Shown here in pieces: positions 52,337-62,702 of a stretch of DNA of 64,000 nt. A program made the translations under genes and the position numbers. The notes below the pieces were generated by a model, which made no database searches, had not been told where the DNA came from, and worked only from the letters and a program-made list of their open reading frames with translations. Within the stretch, counting starts at the first letter, position 1. The number at the start of each line of letters is the position of its first letter. Origin of the DNA: an uncultured Nitrososphaerales archaeon (GTDB lineage Archaea > Thermoproteota > Nitrososphaeria > Nitrososphaerales > Nitrososphaeraceae); contig CAVOHZ010000010.1 of the NCBI GenBank assembly GCA_963695855.1, positions 1,024,001-1,088,000 of the forward strand, given 5' to 3'.

Positions 52337-53500
52337 TTATTTTAAACTCTCCAGAGCTTTATTCTCCCCTTCGATAATCAGCTCTTTAATGGTATTAACA
52401 GAAAAATCAGCATTTTGCAATGGATATGGCATCTTATTGTTTTCTCGACTGATTCTTTTGATATTTAGGATTTTAGCACCATATTTTTCTACCAATATTT
52501 TATGCTCTTTTTCAATATAATTAATAATATCTTTGTCTATTTTTGAATGATCATGTTCCCTAAAAACGTCATATAATGTTTCAATCAAATTAATCTGCCT
52601 AGTTATGAGTCTGGACATTTTTTCAAGACTCTGGTCCTTATCAGTAAACATTATATCTTTGGCTCGGGACTGAACCTCACTCATATCAGATGGAAGCTTT
52701 CCTATTTTTTTAGGAAAATTCTCAACTACGAAGATATTTTTATCTTTACTTGGAGAAGCCATCATAACTTCTCGTATTGGAGTATTGCTTAACAAGGATC
52801 CATCCCATGCATATAGCCTGTCATTTACCTCTATCCATGGAAATCCGTATTGAGGATATCCAATTGTAGCTAAGAGATGTTTCATCTGTATTTGTATTTT
52901 GTAACTGTCAAATATTATTGGTTCAGCTGAAAGAACATCAACAGCGGTGATTATAAGACGTGTGTTACCATTTTGACCATTTTTATTGCTTTGTCTTGTA
53001 TCCGGAGAGAGTTTTCTGAAATCTATGTACTTGTCCAGCGTTTTTTCTAGTAAAGTATTATCGTATATATAAGTCCAATTTGATGACTGTAAAGGAAAAT
53101 CCTTTGAAGAATTACACATATTCCAATTCATCCATCTGGGAACAAAGAACTTTGGAACTCCAAACAAAGCTGCATTTAATGATGCTGCAGATGATTTCTT
53201 GATATTAAACTGATGATTTTGATTATCATAATCAAAAGAAAATACGTCAGGTATTATATTATAACTACGTTCGCCAAGCTCCATCCAAAAATCTTCTAAA
53301 TCTTTTTCAGGATTGTCATTTTTACTTCCAGTAGTTATCGCTCCGTTAATTGCTCCTATCGATGTTCCTGCTACTATATCAAATTTTATATCTTTTTTTG
53401 CAAATGTTTTACATGCCCCACACGCAAAAGCTCCTAACGAACCTCCACCCTGTAATATTAATACATTTTCGATATCTCTTTCATGTGTGTGGTTATACAT
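52337..53500 (-). CDS. Patatin-like phospholipase
   Basis: GGGSLG, GTSIG and WDGS motifs. Confidence 0.92.
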   Translation of the reverse strand: MYNHTHERDIENVLILQGGGSLGAFACGACKTFAKKDIKFDIVAGTSIGAINGAITTGSKNDNPEKDLEDFWMELGERSYNIIPDVFSFDYDNQNHQFNIKKSSAASLNAALFGVPKFFVPRWMNWNMCNSSKDFPLQSSNWTYIYDNTLLEKTLDKYIDFRKLSPDTRQSNKNGQNGNTRLIITAVDVLSAEPIIFDSYKIQIQMKHLLATIGYPQYGFPWIEVNDRLYAWDGSLLSNTPIREVMMASPSKDKNIFVVENFPKKIGKLPSDMSEVQSRAKDIMFTDKDQSLEKMSRLITRQINLIETLYDVFREHDHSKIDKDIINYIEKEHKILVEKYGAKILNIKRISRENNKMPYPLQNADFSVNTIKELIIEGENKALESLK

Positions 53501-53784
53501 TGTTTTTAATTTAGTTATAGACAGCTCGATATTTTGCTTTTTCGAGAAATAAAAGTTGTCTTTCGTTTGTTTATTTCTTTGAGCTATGAAATATACAAAT
53601 AAGACAGTAAAATGGCGAATTTTTAAGTCTGATTTATTTTATAAACCACTGCTACCATTGTGATATTAGTTATCTAATTGGGTCCACCTGAACAAAGTAC
53701 TGTGAATCAGAAAAATAAATTGAAAATCAAAAATGTCATCAGTTTTGTTTTCTATTTGTTTTAATGCAATAACGGAATTGGTAA

Positions 53785-54051
53785 CTATTGGTTCTCATCT
53801 GAAAAATTATTCGAGATCCAATTCCTTGCAATCAGTATATCCTCTTGAGTTAGATGGTGACCTGATGATTGCTATTTTAAGGTTGTGCTTGCGTTATTCT
53901 TCTCAAATATTTTATAAAGATTTTCTGTTTCGATCCTTGGAACTATCGGGTCATTTAATCCCGCAGATAATAGGATTTTTTTGTTTGAAAGATCTGGAAT
54001 ATAAGCAGGAATTAGGGGAACCGTGGCTCTGAAAAGAATTGCTCCACTAAG
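53785..54051 (-). pseudogene. C-terminal remnant of a phospholipase/carboxylesterase (alpha/beta hydrolase, MhqD-like)
   Basis: Reads LSGAILFRATVPLIP…PDLSNKKILLSAGLNDPIVP…TLK*QSSGHHLTQEDI..ARNWI. The catalytic Asp and His are present, there is a TAG at 53872-53874, and the N-terminal half is absent. Confidence 0.8.
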
Positions 54052-54224
54052 TACATAACACTATTTACGTGAGCTTTATGTCATTAACTTCAGAGAGCCA
54101 GATAATCGTGAACAAACATGAAACCGATTACAATACAAGCCCTAATTGTTCTAGAATTAGTTTTAATACAATAGATTGATTTAAATTTAAACATTTTATT
54201 TGGTTATGAGAATTAAATTACTAA

Positions 54225-54950
54225 ATGAGATATAATTTTTCTGAGATGGTTGTACTAATAACAGGTGGAACCGGAGCTTTAGGAAAAACATTGGTGAAGA
54301 AATTCATTGCAACTGGGGCAACCATAATAGTCACCTATAATACAGATAAAAAGGTAGCAGATCTGAGGCAAGAAATTAAAGAAACTGATGAACTAGAATT
54401 ACTTAAAACAGATATAACAAAAGAAGATCAGGTTGCGAAATTAATATCAGATATTGTTGAAAGATACGGTCATCTAGATATTTTAGTCAACGTAGTTGGT
54501 GGATATTTGGGAGGAAAAAGCGTAGCAGAATTATCTGAAAGTGAATGGGATATCATGATGAATATGAATTTAAAATCTGCCTTTTTAATAAGCAAACATG
54601 CAATACCTCTTATGAAATCTAGAAAATACGTTAGTGGTGGAAAGATAGTACATATATCGTCCAGAACAGGTTTAAAATCTGGAGGTTATGATTCTGCTTA
54701 CGCGGCATCGAAATCAGGTCTAATAAGACTAGTAGAATCAATATCACAAGAAACTAAGGAACATAATATCAATGTGAATTGCGTATTACCTAGCATAATT
54801 GATACCGAATCTAATAGAAAAGCAATGCCAGAGACAGATTTTAGTAGGTGGGTAAAGGCAGAGGATCTAACAAACGTAATCCTGTTCCTATGCTCAGACG
54901 AATCAAAAGTCATAACAGGAGCGGCAATTCCAGCGTATGGATTGTCTTAA
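54225..54950 (+). CDS. Short-chain dehydrogenase/reductase
   Basis: TGGTGALG, LDILVNVVGG, YAASK and NCVLPSIIDT. Confidence 0.95.
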   Translation: MRYNFSEMVVLITGGTGALGKTLVKKFIATGATIIVTYNTDKKVADLRQEIKETDELELLKTDITKEDQVAKLISDIVERYGHLDILVNVVGGYLGGKSVAELSESEWDIMMNMNLKSAFLISKHAIPLMKSRKYVSGGKIVHISSRTGLKSGGYDSAYAASKSGLIRLVESISQETKEHNINVNCVLPSIIDTESNRKAMPETDFSRWVKAEDLTNVILFLCSDESKVITGAAIPAYGLS

Positions 54951-55795
54951 ATTCTTTATTTTGATTGACTAATATAAAATTAGAATTTTGTAGATTATTT
55001 TTAGACATAAGTAATCTTTTGTTACCGAGGGCTAAATAATTTTTTCTTCATGGTATGACATGTATATGACAAGGAAATATTGTTTGGCCATATACTCTCG
55101 TAATATTAGAAATAAATTTCATAATTTTGATAACATTGACATCCTTCATGTAAGACAATAGCAGGATCACAGTTATGTAACGCTGAGTTATATTTTCACG
55201 GTAGGCAGGAAGATTTCTGTATCTGAATACGTATTTGGCATATATTGCATAAACCTGGCGGTACTTGTGGTATAAATATCAATGCTGGATGGACTGAAGA
55301 ACACAATAGATAGGTATTAAAATATCTTTTCTTACAATATTTATCAATTTTATAATAAATAGTAATATTATATGGCTGTAAAATAAACCAACTAAATATT
55401 AATTTTCTTATTATTCTTTATAAAAAATGTTATCAGAATAATATCTACTGTATTATACTATATTTCATAATAGAAATAATGCAGACATTGTGAATTTATG
55501 ATTCTGTTTTTTAGAAGAAGAAAAACAAAGTATCTTATCCAAAAAATTATAGTACTCTATTGAACATACGTTAATCCTTTTAATATTATTAGTTGTTGCG
55601 AAAAATTTAAAAATAAAATTTCTCTATGGGGAAACATACAGATAATTTTTTTGTTGCAAAAAAATTTTTTTAACAAGATGATTTTACCGTATCATGCACA
55701 ACAGGATGATAAATCTTGATGTAAAAATAATTGAAAATCTGTAATTATGATATAAATATTCGGAGGTTATATATGGTTATAAAGTAATTGAAATT

Positions 55796-55933
55796 ATGAA
55801 TCAATGCAAACATTGGGCATGTAATCTAAAGAATAATTCATGTGTTGGTTGTGGTATTATTATATGTCCTAATTGTTTGCAGGAACCCTCTGATTGTAGG
55901 TGCGACAATAAAGATAAATGCTGTAAAGTATGA
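55796..55933 (+). CDS. 45-aa Cys-rich microprotein (not in the ORF track)
   Basis: MNQCKHWACNLKNNSCVGCGIIICPNCLQEPSDCRCDNKDKCCKV has 10 Cys. TTATATAT lies about 25 bp upstream. Confidence 0.6.
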   Translation: MNQCKHWACNLKNNSCVGCGIIICPNCLQEPSDCRCDNKDKCCKV

Positions 55934-56525
55934 GTTTAAAAATATATCAAAGGAATCATCGTAAATTTGTAATTTATGAGATAATCTTTATCGTTTTCTT
56001 TCACAGTAAATAATTACCCATCTTTAATAACTTTAATTGTCAACTACAAATTTGTGTCAAAAATCAGTTGACTGTCCTCCGTTTTACTGCTAATCCGTTT
56101 TACTGCTAATGAATAAGTTTAATATTATCCGCCATATTCTTAAAAAGATTGTATATATTTTTTGTTAAAAGTTTTCTATTTGTTCAAAAGCACATTTCTT
56201 ATAATTCTATTTTCTCTTCGTTCGTATGCTTCAATTATCATTATCTTGAATGCAACATTTTTTGATAAATTTAACTAACTTTGGAAACGACATAATTAAT
56301 CATAATGTTTCCTAAATATGTACCTTTATAATCAGAGGGTCAAATTCCCTTCACAAACTCCATGCGTCAACCTATATAAACATTATAGGATTACAAATTA
56401 GTTACTAAATCCAAAGTAATTATATTTTAGATAATGTATATAAAATTAAATATTCATATTTAGTTCTTCAAGCTACTTTGAAATTTATTAAATTATTAAA
56501 TAAGATGATCACTAAATAAGTAATT

Positions 56526-58382
56526 ATGAGTGAATATGAAAATCTAAAGACCTCTGATATACTCGTTGAGACATTAATTGACTGGAATGTTGATGTTGTC
56601 TTCGGTATTCCTGGAGACACTATAAATGGATTCATAGAAGCTCTAAGAACAAGAAAAGACAAGATTAAATTTATACTAACTAGACACGAAGAATCTGCGG
56701 CATTAATGGCATGTGCCTACGCAAAATATACAGGAAAACTTGCAGTATGTACAGCAATTGCGGGTCCAGGTGCGATTCATCTTCTCAATGGACTGTATGA
56801 TGCTAAAGCAGACAATACTCCTGTTATTGCAATTACTGGTGGAACATCTACTGATTTGATGAATTCAAGTTTCCAGCAGGATATTAATTTGTTACAACTC
56901 TTTTCTGATGTTACAGTTTACAATAGCATTATTGGTTCACCTCAACAAGCGGAAATGGCAGTAGATATAGCTTGTAGAACGGCTCTTGTACGTAAAGGAG
57001 TAAGCCACCTCAATATTCCGATTGATGTGCAGGAAAGAAAACTGGAGGATCATTATTCAAGACACAAAATTCCAGGACATACGTCAGATATTTTTGTACC
57101 TCCGGCTTTACCGGATAAAGAATTGATGAAAAAAGCTGCAGAAATACTAAATATTGGAAAAAAAATTGTGCTGCTAGTAGGCCAAGGTGCCCTGCATGCA
57201 TCCAATGAGGTTATTGCTATTGCAGAAAAGTTGAACGCTCCAATTATAAAAGCCCTTCTTGGCAAGGCAGTTATTCCAGACGACCATCCGTACAGTCTCG
57301 GAGGATTGGGGATTTTGGGAACAGAACCAGCAAGCGATGCAATGAATGAATGCGATACACTAATGATGATTGGAACCTCTTTTCCATACATAGAATACCT
57401 TCCTAAACCAGGAAAAGCAATTGGAATTCAAGTTGATATAAAACCTGAAAAAATTGGGTTGAGATTTCCTGTTAAAATAGGATTGATAGGTGATTCTAAA
57501 AATGTATTGATAGAATTGTTACCATTAATATCTGCTAGAAAAGAAGAAAATAATACTAAAAATAATTTAAAAGATAATGATGACGAAAAAAACAGAACCA
57601 ATGAAACAAGTCTACAATTTCTAAAATCAAAACAGAATGCAATGAAAAATTGGAATGGTATTTTAAAGGAACAGAGTAATCGCTCGGGCGAGCCGATAAA
57701 ACCTCAGGTTGTAGCTGCTGCAGTTTCTGAAGTCTTGGAAGATGATGCAATAATATCTGTAGATAGTGGAATAAACACATGTTGGGCTGCAAGATTTTTA
57801 AATATGAGAGAAGGTATGAAGTTTTCGGGTTCAGGTAGCCTGGCAACTATGGGCTGCGGCGTTCCTTATGCAATTGCAGCTAAAATTGCATATCCTGAAA
57901 AACAGTCAATTGCATTTGTTGGAGATGGTGGATTTACAATGCTTATGAGTGAATTTGCAACTGCGGTTCAATACAATCTACCCGTTAAAGTAATAATAAT
58001 TAATAATAACCTGCTAGGGATGATACGATGGGAACAGATTGCATTTCTCGGAAATCCTGAATATGGAGTAGAATTTTCCCAAATTGATTTTGTTAAATTT
58101 GCAGAAGCCTGTGGTGGCAGAGGATTTTCAATCAAAAAATCAGCTGATGTGAAGCCAGTTATACAAAAAGCGATGACAGAAAATAATGACGTTCCTGTTA
58201 TAATAGATGCACATGTAGACCCATTTGAACCGCCACTACCTCCGAAAGTAGATATGGAATTTGTAAGCAACGTCATTAAGTCTTTTGCAAAAGGACAGCC
58301 TTATGCAAAGGAAATTGGTTTGACGTTGTCCATAGACCAGCTCCACGAAAAGCTAAGGAAATTGCATTCGCACAAGAAATAG
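56526..58382 (+). CDS. Thiamine-pyrophosphate-dependent pyruvate oxidase/dehydrogenase (PoxB-like)
   Basis: FGIPGD, RHEESAA, GPGAIHLLNGLYDAK and the TPP motif GDGGFTM…NN. Confidence 0.93.
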   Translation: MSEYENLKTSDILVETLIDWNVDVVFGIPGDTINGFIEALRTRKDKIKFILTRHEESAALMACAYAKYTGKLAVCTAIAGPGAIHLLNGLYDAKADNTPVIAITGGTSTDLMNSSFQQDINLLQLFSDVTVYNSIIGSPQQAEMAVDIACRTALVRKGVSHLNIPIDVQERKLEDHYSRHKIPGHTSDIFVPPALPDKELMKKAAEILNIGKKIVLLVGQGALHASNEVIAIAEKLNAPIIKALLGKAVIPDDHPYSLGGLGILGTEPASDAMNECDTLMMIGTSFPYIEYLPKPGKAIGIQVDIKPEKIGLRFPVKIGLIGDSKNVLIELLPLISARKEENNTKNNLKDNDDEKNRTNETSLQFLKSKQNAMKNWNGILKEQSNRSGEPIKPQVVAAAVSEVLEDDAIISVDSGINTCWAARFLNMREGMKFSGSGSLATMGCGVPYAIAAKIAYPEKQSIAFVGDGGFTMLMSEFATAVQYNLPVKVIIINNNLLGMIRWEQIAFLGNPEYGVEFSQIDFVKFAEACGGRGFSIKKSADVKPVIQKAMTENNDVPVIIDAHVDPFEPPLPPKVDMEFVSNVIKSFAKGQPYAKEIGLTLSIDQLHEKLRKLHSHKK

Positions 58383-58633
58383 AATGATTATGGTGCATAT
58401 CATATTACTGTCACTACAAAACCACACGAGAAAGAACATTTTCAATATAATATTAGTCAGTAAACGAGTTAACATAATAGAAATAATAAACCTAATAGAG
58501 GTTCATCTACTATTATTTCGAATTCATCACTTTTACAAGCTCCCTTCATTCATTTGAAAAAACTAATGAATGTTTAGATGTTCCGATCCAATTTCATGAA
58601 ATGTCGATGTCCGATACACTCGTATTTTCTCGA

Positions 58634-58701
58634 TTGACGAAAACAGTGACCAATTGACCGTTTGTATGATGAATTTAATTATATAATGACGAAATACGTC
58701 A
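58634..58701 (+). repeat. Second phased TGAC box array, homologous to 25233-25290
   Basis: TTGACGAAAACAGTGACCAATTGACCG compares with TTGACGAAAACACTGACTATTTGACGG. Boxes are at 58635, 58647, 58655, 58667 (TGAT) and 58687, and the array ends in the palindrome TGACG-N5-CGTCA. Confidence 0.7.
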
Positions 58702-58735
58702 AAACCTAAATACTATATAGAATTATGACAGAAAA

Positions 58736-59498
58736 TTGGCTGTCAGAATCGCGCCTGCAACAAGATCATCAGTAATAAAATTATGGTTAATGAGTAACAC
58801 AAGAGATGAAATAGCATTAAAATAATTAATCACCAAAGGAACTGCCTCAAATATTAAGCAATGGAAAAATATGATTGGGTTCAATGACGCTTCTAGCATG
58901 AGAGACCTTGCTGTAGCACTGAGGAAGTCTATTTACCGGAGACTTGTTGAATAATATGCCGTATGGAAACGCGACTTATTTGAACCCTCTTTCAGAGGAA
59001 ATAAAAAGATATCCAACTGTCAACGACAATTTAAATAGGCCGGACCAAGAATTCCTGAAAAATCAGTCCGAGATCTCCAAATTGGCAGCAAACAAATCGT
59101 TTTTAGATTTTTTTGTTCATTATGGAATGTTATTTGTTTGATGTACAGTATTTCATTGAAAATTCAGGTACATATTCAGAAAAAGTTTGTTGAAATTGTG
59201 ACAATACATGGTTTACTTGCTTTACACGAGTTCAATAAAAGAAAACTCAACCAGTTCAAGAGAAAAAATTAAACCAAACAAAAAAAGAAAAATCTTCAAA
59301 GAAGAAAATAAACCAGATTTTATCCAGCGAATCTTGGATTGTTCACATGAAAAGATGTTAGCAACCTTATCAGAATATAAAAGAAGCATACAAGTTCAAG
59401 ATTTAACAAATAACCAGTGCAACAATAAACAATTGCTGAAAGATCTGGTTGTTGATATCGAAGATTTAGAAAAGAAAATAAATCTAAAAATAAAGTGA
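58736..59498 (+). pseudogene. Degraded paralog of the HTH-coiled-coil gene at 25428
   Basis: From TTG 58736 it reads AVRIAPATRSSVIKLWLMSNTRDEIALK*LITKGTASNIKQWKNMIGFNDASSMRDLAVALRKS, aligning with KLPTQEHIKSAIIDSWMMGKTRDKIALEFNISTGSVSNIIQQWQNKIGLFDANDLRELGVALKKA. There is a stop at 58823. The 3' extent is uncertain. Confidence 0.75.
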
Positions 59499-59985
59499 AA
59501 AGTGGAATATTTAGTGCCTCTTCGAAAATAGATTCTATGGAGTATATATAACAAAACACATATTGAGTTACAATAAAAAATAAAAAAATAAAGGATTCAG
59601 AACTTTAGTTTTCAAAAATAGATTCATGGAAATCAGACTATATAAAAGAGAACATCAACAACATCCCTGCAATTATGGTACCAAAATCCTAAAGTATCAA
59701 AAGAACCAGTCGAGAAAACAATTAGACGCTGTATCGTCTTTAGAATGTAGATTTCTCGGTAAAAACAGTCATAGCCCAATAAAGCAAGAAGAAGCTAAAG
59801 TGTTAGAGATTTTAAAGTAATTGTCTACAAAATTCATGCTTAATTTTATATGCTAGCATCTGGATCATAAAATATATTCAATAGGTATAAAAGTACATAA
59901 TTAATTGGATATTTATTTATTAATTTAAAATCCAATTCTTTTCTCATATAGAAATTTGGGAAAGAGAGACTAATGTGAAACATAC

Positions 59986-61063
59986 TTATTTTTTCAATAA
60001 TTCGTAATATTCCTTGATATGTTCAAAACCTCTTATCTTATGATCTGAATTTATATTTATCTTTTTTAGATTAAATTTATTTTCCATTTTTTTTTTAGTT
60101 TCTTCTGAAACAACGATTTGGTTTTTTTTTTGGGCGACTTCCTCTATTCTCTTTGCTAGATTGACAGCAGAACCAATTACTGTAACCTGATCACGAATTT
60201 CTGTATTAATGTTACCCACCAATGACTCTCCGGTATTTATACCACAATTTAGATAGATATTAGCTATATCAAGGCCAAATTGATTATTCCATATTTCAAT
60301 CCATTCATCTTTAATTTTTTCAAAGATGGCAGACAGTTCAATTGCTGATTTCAATGCATCTAGTACGCTTTCTTTATTGTCGTAAATTTTGTTATCTTTG
60401 AACCCAAAAATCGCCATTAAACCATCACCCATAAATTTGTCTAAAATACCTTTGTTTTTATGAATAATTCTATCTGCTTCATTAAAAAACTCACGAAAAA
60501 ATCCTACTATTAAATAAGGTTCATTCTCTAATAATTCGCAAAGTTTGGAAAATCCACCTAAATCCCAAAAAACGATAGATAAAACTTTGTTTCTGAACAT
60601 TTCCAGGTTTGGATAGTTAAATATTTCTAAAATTATGGGATCTGCCTATCGGATTAGCATAGATTCTATTGATTGATTCCGTACATTTGAGAGTATCTTG
60701 TTTAAATACTTAATTTCACTACTAACGATATCGCTATTTGTACCTGAAATTGTCTTGTTAAATACAATAAAACCTTGTTCTGCAGGATGTATTACACAAT
60801 AGTAACGTATTAATCCACTTGGCGCATCAAATTTCTTTGAGTAACATTTCTGAGGCTGGATTATTTCACTAAATACCATCAGGTTTACCATTTTCAATAT
60901 CTCCTGAAATTAAATCATGAGACCCTGAATCCTTGTTGATCCATGATATGGTTTCTCCATCTTTTATTGATACAATCCTTGGAGTAAAATATTTTATGTT
61001 ATGAACTTCATGCATTTTCGTTTTTCTGAAACCCTTGGGAATAACTATTACTTTGTTCATCAT
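59986..61063 (-). pseudogene. Disrupted cupredoxin-class III nucleotidyl cyclase fusion; the cyclase part 59986..60600 is an open frame
   Basis: The cupredoxin is split across ORFs 60869..61090 and 60646..60897 (FTP..VSIKDGETISWINKD..SH; YYCVIHP). The TAG at 60646-60648 is in frame with the cyclase (VFWDLGGFS, DKFMGDG, GSAVNLAKRIE). Confidence 0.8.
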
Positions 61064-61693
61064 GCTTACAAACCTTGAATCTATCTGCATTTAGAGAGTA
61101 CACTAAACTTATTAGAGGCATCTATCCTATGTTAACAATAATAGATTAATTTTTGTATTGATTCATCATCATCTGAAACATTGGAAATTTGTAATAGAAT
61201 GTGTGAATGTTGTTAAATATATGCCAAAGAACAGTCGTTATCCGATAGAGATTGATTTGACAATATTTTTCAAGGTATGTCAGTGTTTTTGACATATATC
61301 TCAGACGGAGAACACAAAAAAAGAGTACATAGCAATATATTACGAGTCTTCTTTTTTTTTCATATAATTTATTCATTGTTAGATTCGAAATATAATATTC
61401 ATATATGGATCTATTTTTGTTCTGTTCATATCACTACTTATTCTAAATAATAAAAAAGATATTTGTACGCATAGAAATTCATTCAGCCAAATCCGATATT
61501 GGTAATAATGATTTGCCATGTACCATTTATTAGTAGAATAAGAAATTCTCATAGTTAAATTTTATAGATAAATATAATGTAACTTCATAAGGATATTTCA
61601 TCGATAAAATAGTAACAAAAACATTTTAAATAATATTATTATGATAAAGATATTGTTAAAAATCATAGTAATAATATTGAATTCGGTATAATT

Positions 61694-62551
61694 TTGCTAC
61701 TCTTATTTGCTATTCCTATAATTGATAAAGAAGTGACTGCTCAAGAGATTATCGACAATGAGGTATTATCTGAAAATAATGATGATAATTCAGATATAAA
61801 CAAATTTGTAGCTAAGCCTCAAGTTGATGTAAATATACAGGGTACTAAACTAGATGACAAATTGAGGGGAGGAGATGGAGATGACCAAATTGAGGGAGGA
61901 AAGGGAGAAGATACTCTCCAAGGTAATGAAGGAGATGACCAAATTGATGGAGGAAAGGGAGACGATAAGCTGAAGGGAGGAGATGATGATGACCAAATTG
62001 ATGGAGGAGATGATGATGACCAAATTGATGGAGGAAAGGGAGACGATAAGCTGAAGGGAGGAGATGATGATGACCAAATTGATGGAGGAGATGATGATGA
62101 CCAAATTGATGGAGGAAAGGGAGACGATGTCATGGATGGAGGAAAGGGAGAAGATAAGCTGAAGGGAGGAGATGGAAATGATACTCTTCGGGGTAATGAA
62201 GCAGATGATGAAATTGATGGAGGAAAGGCAGATGATCTCATAGATGGGGCAGTTGGTGACGATGAGCTGAAGGGGGGAAAAGGAGCAGATAGATTTATGT
62301 GCGATATGGGGGACAAAATTATAGATTATAATTCTTTAGAAAATGATAAAATTGTAGGACAATGCAAATATGAAGATAAAGGATTAATACCAAAACCTAT
62401 ACCTATCCCTGATAAAGTTATACCTAAACAGGCTGTAGAAAAAGAAGATCTATTTCCAAATTCAGCAGTGAAACCCAGCAACGAGGACGATAGCTTTCAA
62501 AAATTTGTGTCAAAATTTATTGGTATGTATTTTTCAGGATTATTCAAATAA
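61694..62551 (+). CDS. Secreted calcium-binding protein with RTX-like GGxGxD nonapeptide repeats
   Basis: Many GGKGDDKLK and GGDDDDQID units, an 81-bp internal tandem duplication and a signal-like N-terminus. The true start is probably upstream. Confidence 0.88.
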   Translation: MLLLFAIPIIDKEVTAQEIIDNEVLSENNDDNSDINKFVAKPQVDVNIQGTKLDDKLRGGDGDDQIEGGKGEDTLQGNEGDDQIDGGKGDDKLKGGDDDDQIDGGDDDDQIDGGKGDDKLKGGDDDDQIDGGDDDDQIDGGKGDDVMDGGKGEDKLKGGDGNDTLRGNEADDEIDGGKADDLIDGAVGDDELKGGKGADRFMCDMGDKIIDYNSLENDKIVGQCKYEDKGLIPKPIPIPDKVIPKQAVEKEDLFPNSAVKPSNEDDSFQKFVSKFIGMYFSGLFK

Positions 62552-62702
62552 CATTATTGTGATTTTTCACATATTTTTTAACCAAATATAAAATCTATCT
62601 CAATACAAAACTATATGGTCATTGAACTGGAACAGGTATATCGGCCATGAACGATGCTTTCAATCATTTTTCCAGCACTGCAATCTGTAAAAGATTAGAT
62701 AG

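Noticed and set aside
55100-55320. Possible methyltransferase remnant (WHILHKPGG)
   Set aside because: Only one short motif is present and no consistent frame can be rebuilt.
56078-56109. 16-bp direct duplication TCCGTTTTACTGCTAA x2
   Set aside because: It has two copies only and is consistent with ordinary slippage, with no associated element.
61819-62316. Ser/Pro-rich minus-strand ORFs
   Set aside because: They are antisense shadows of the RTX-like repeats.
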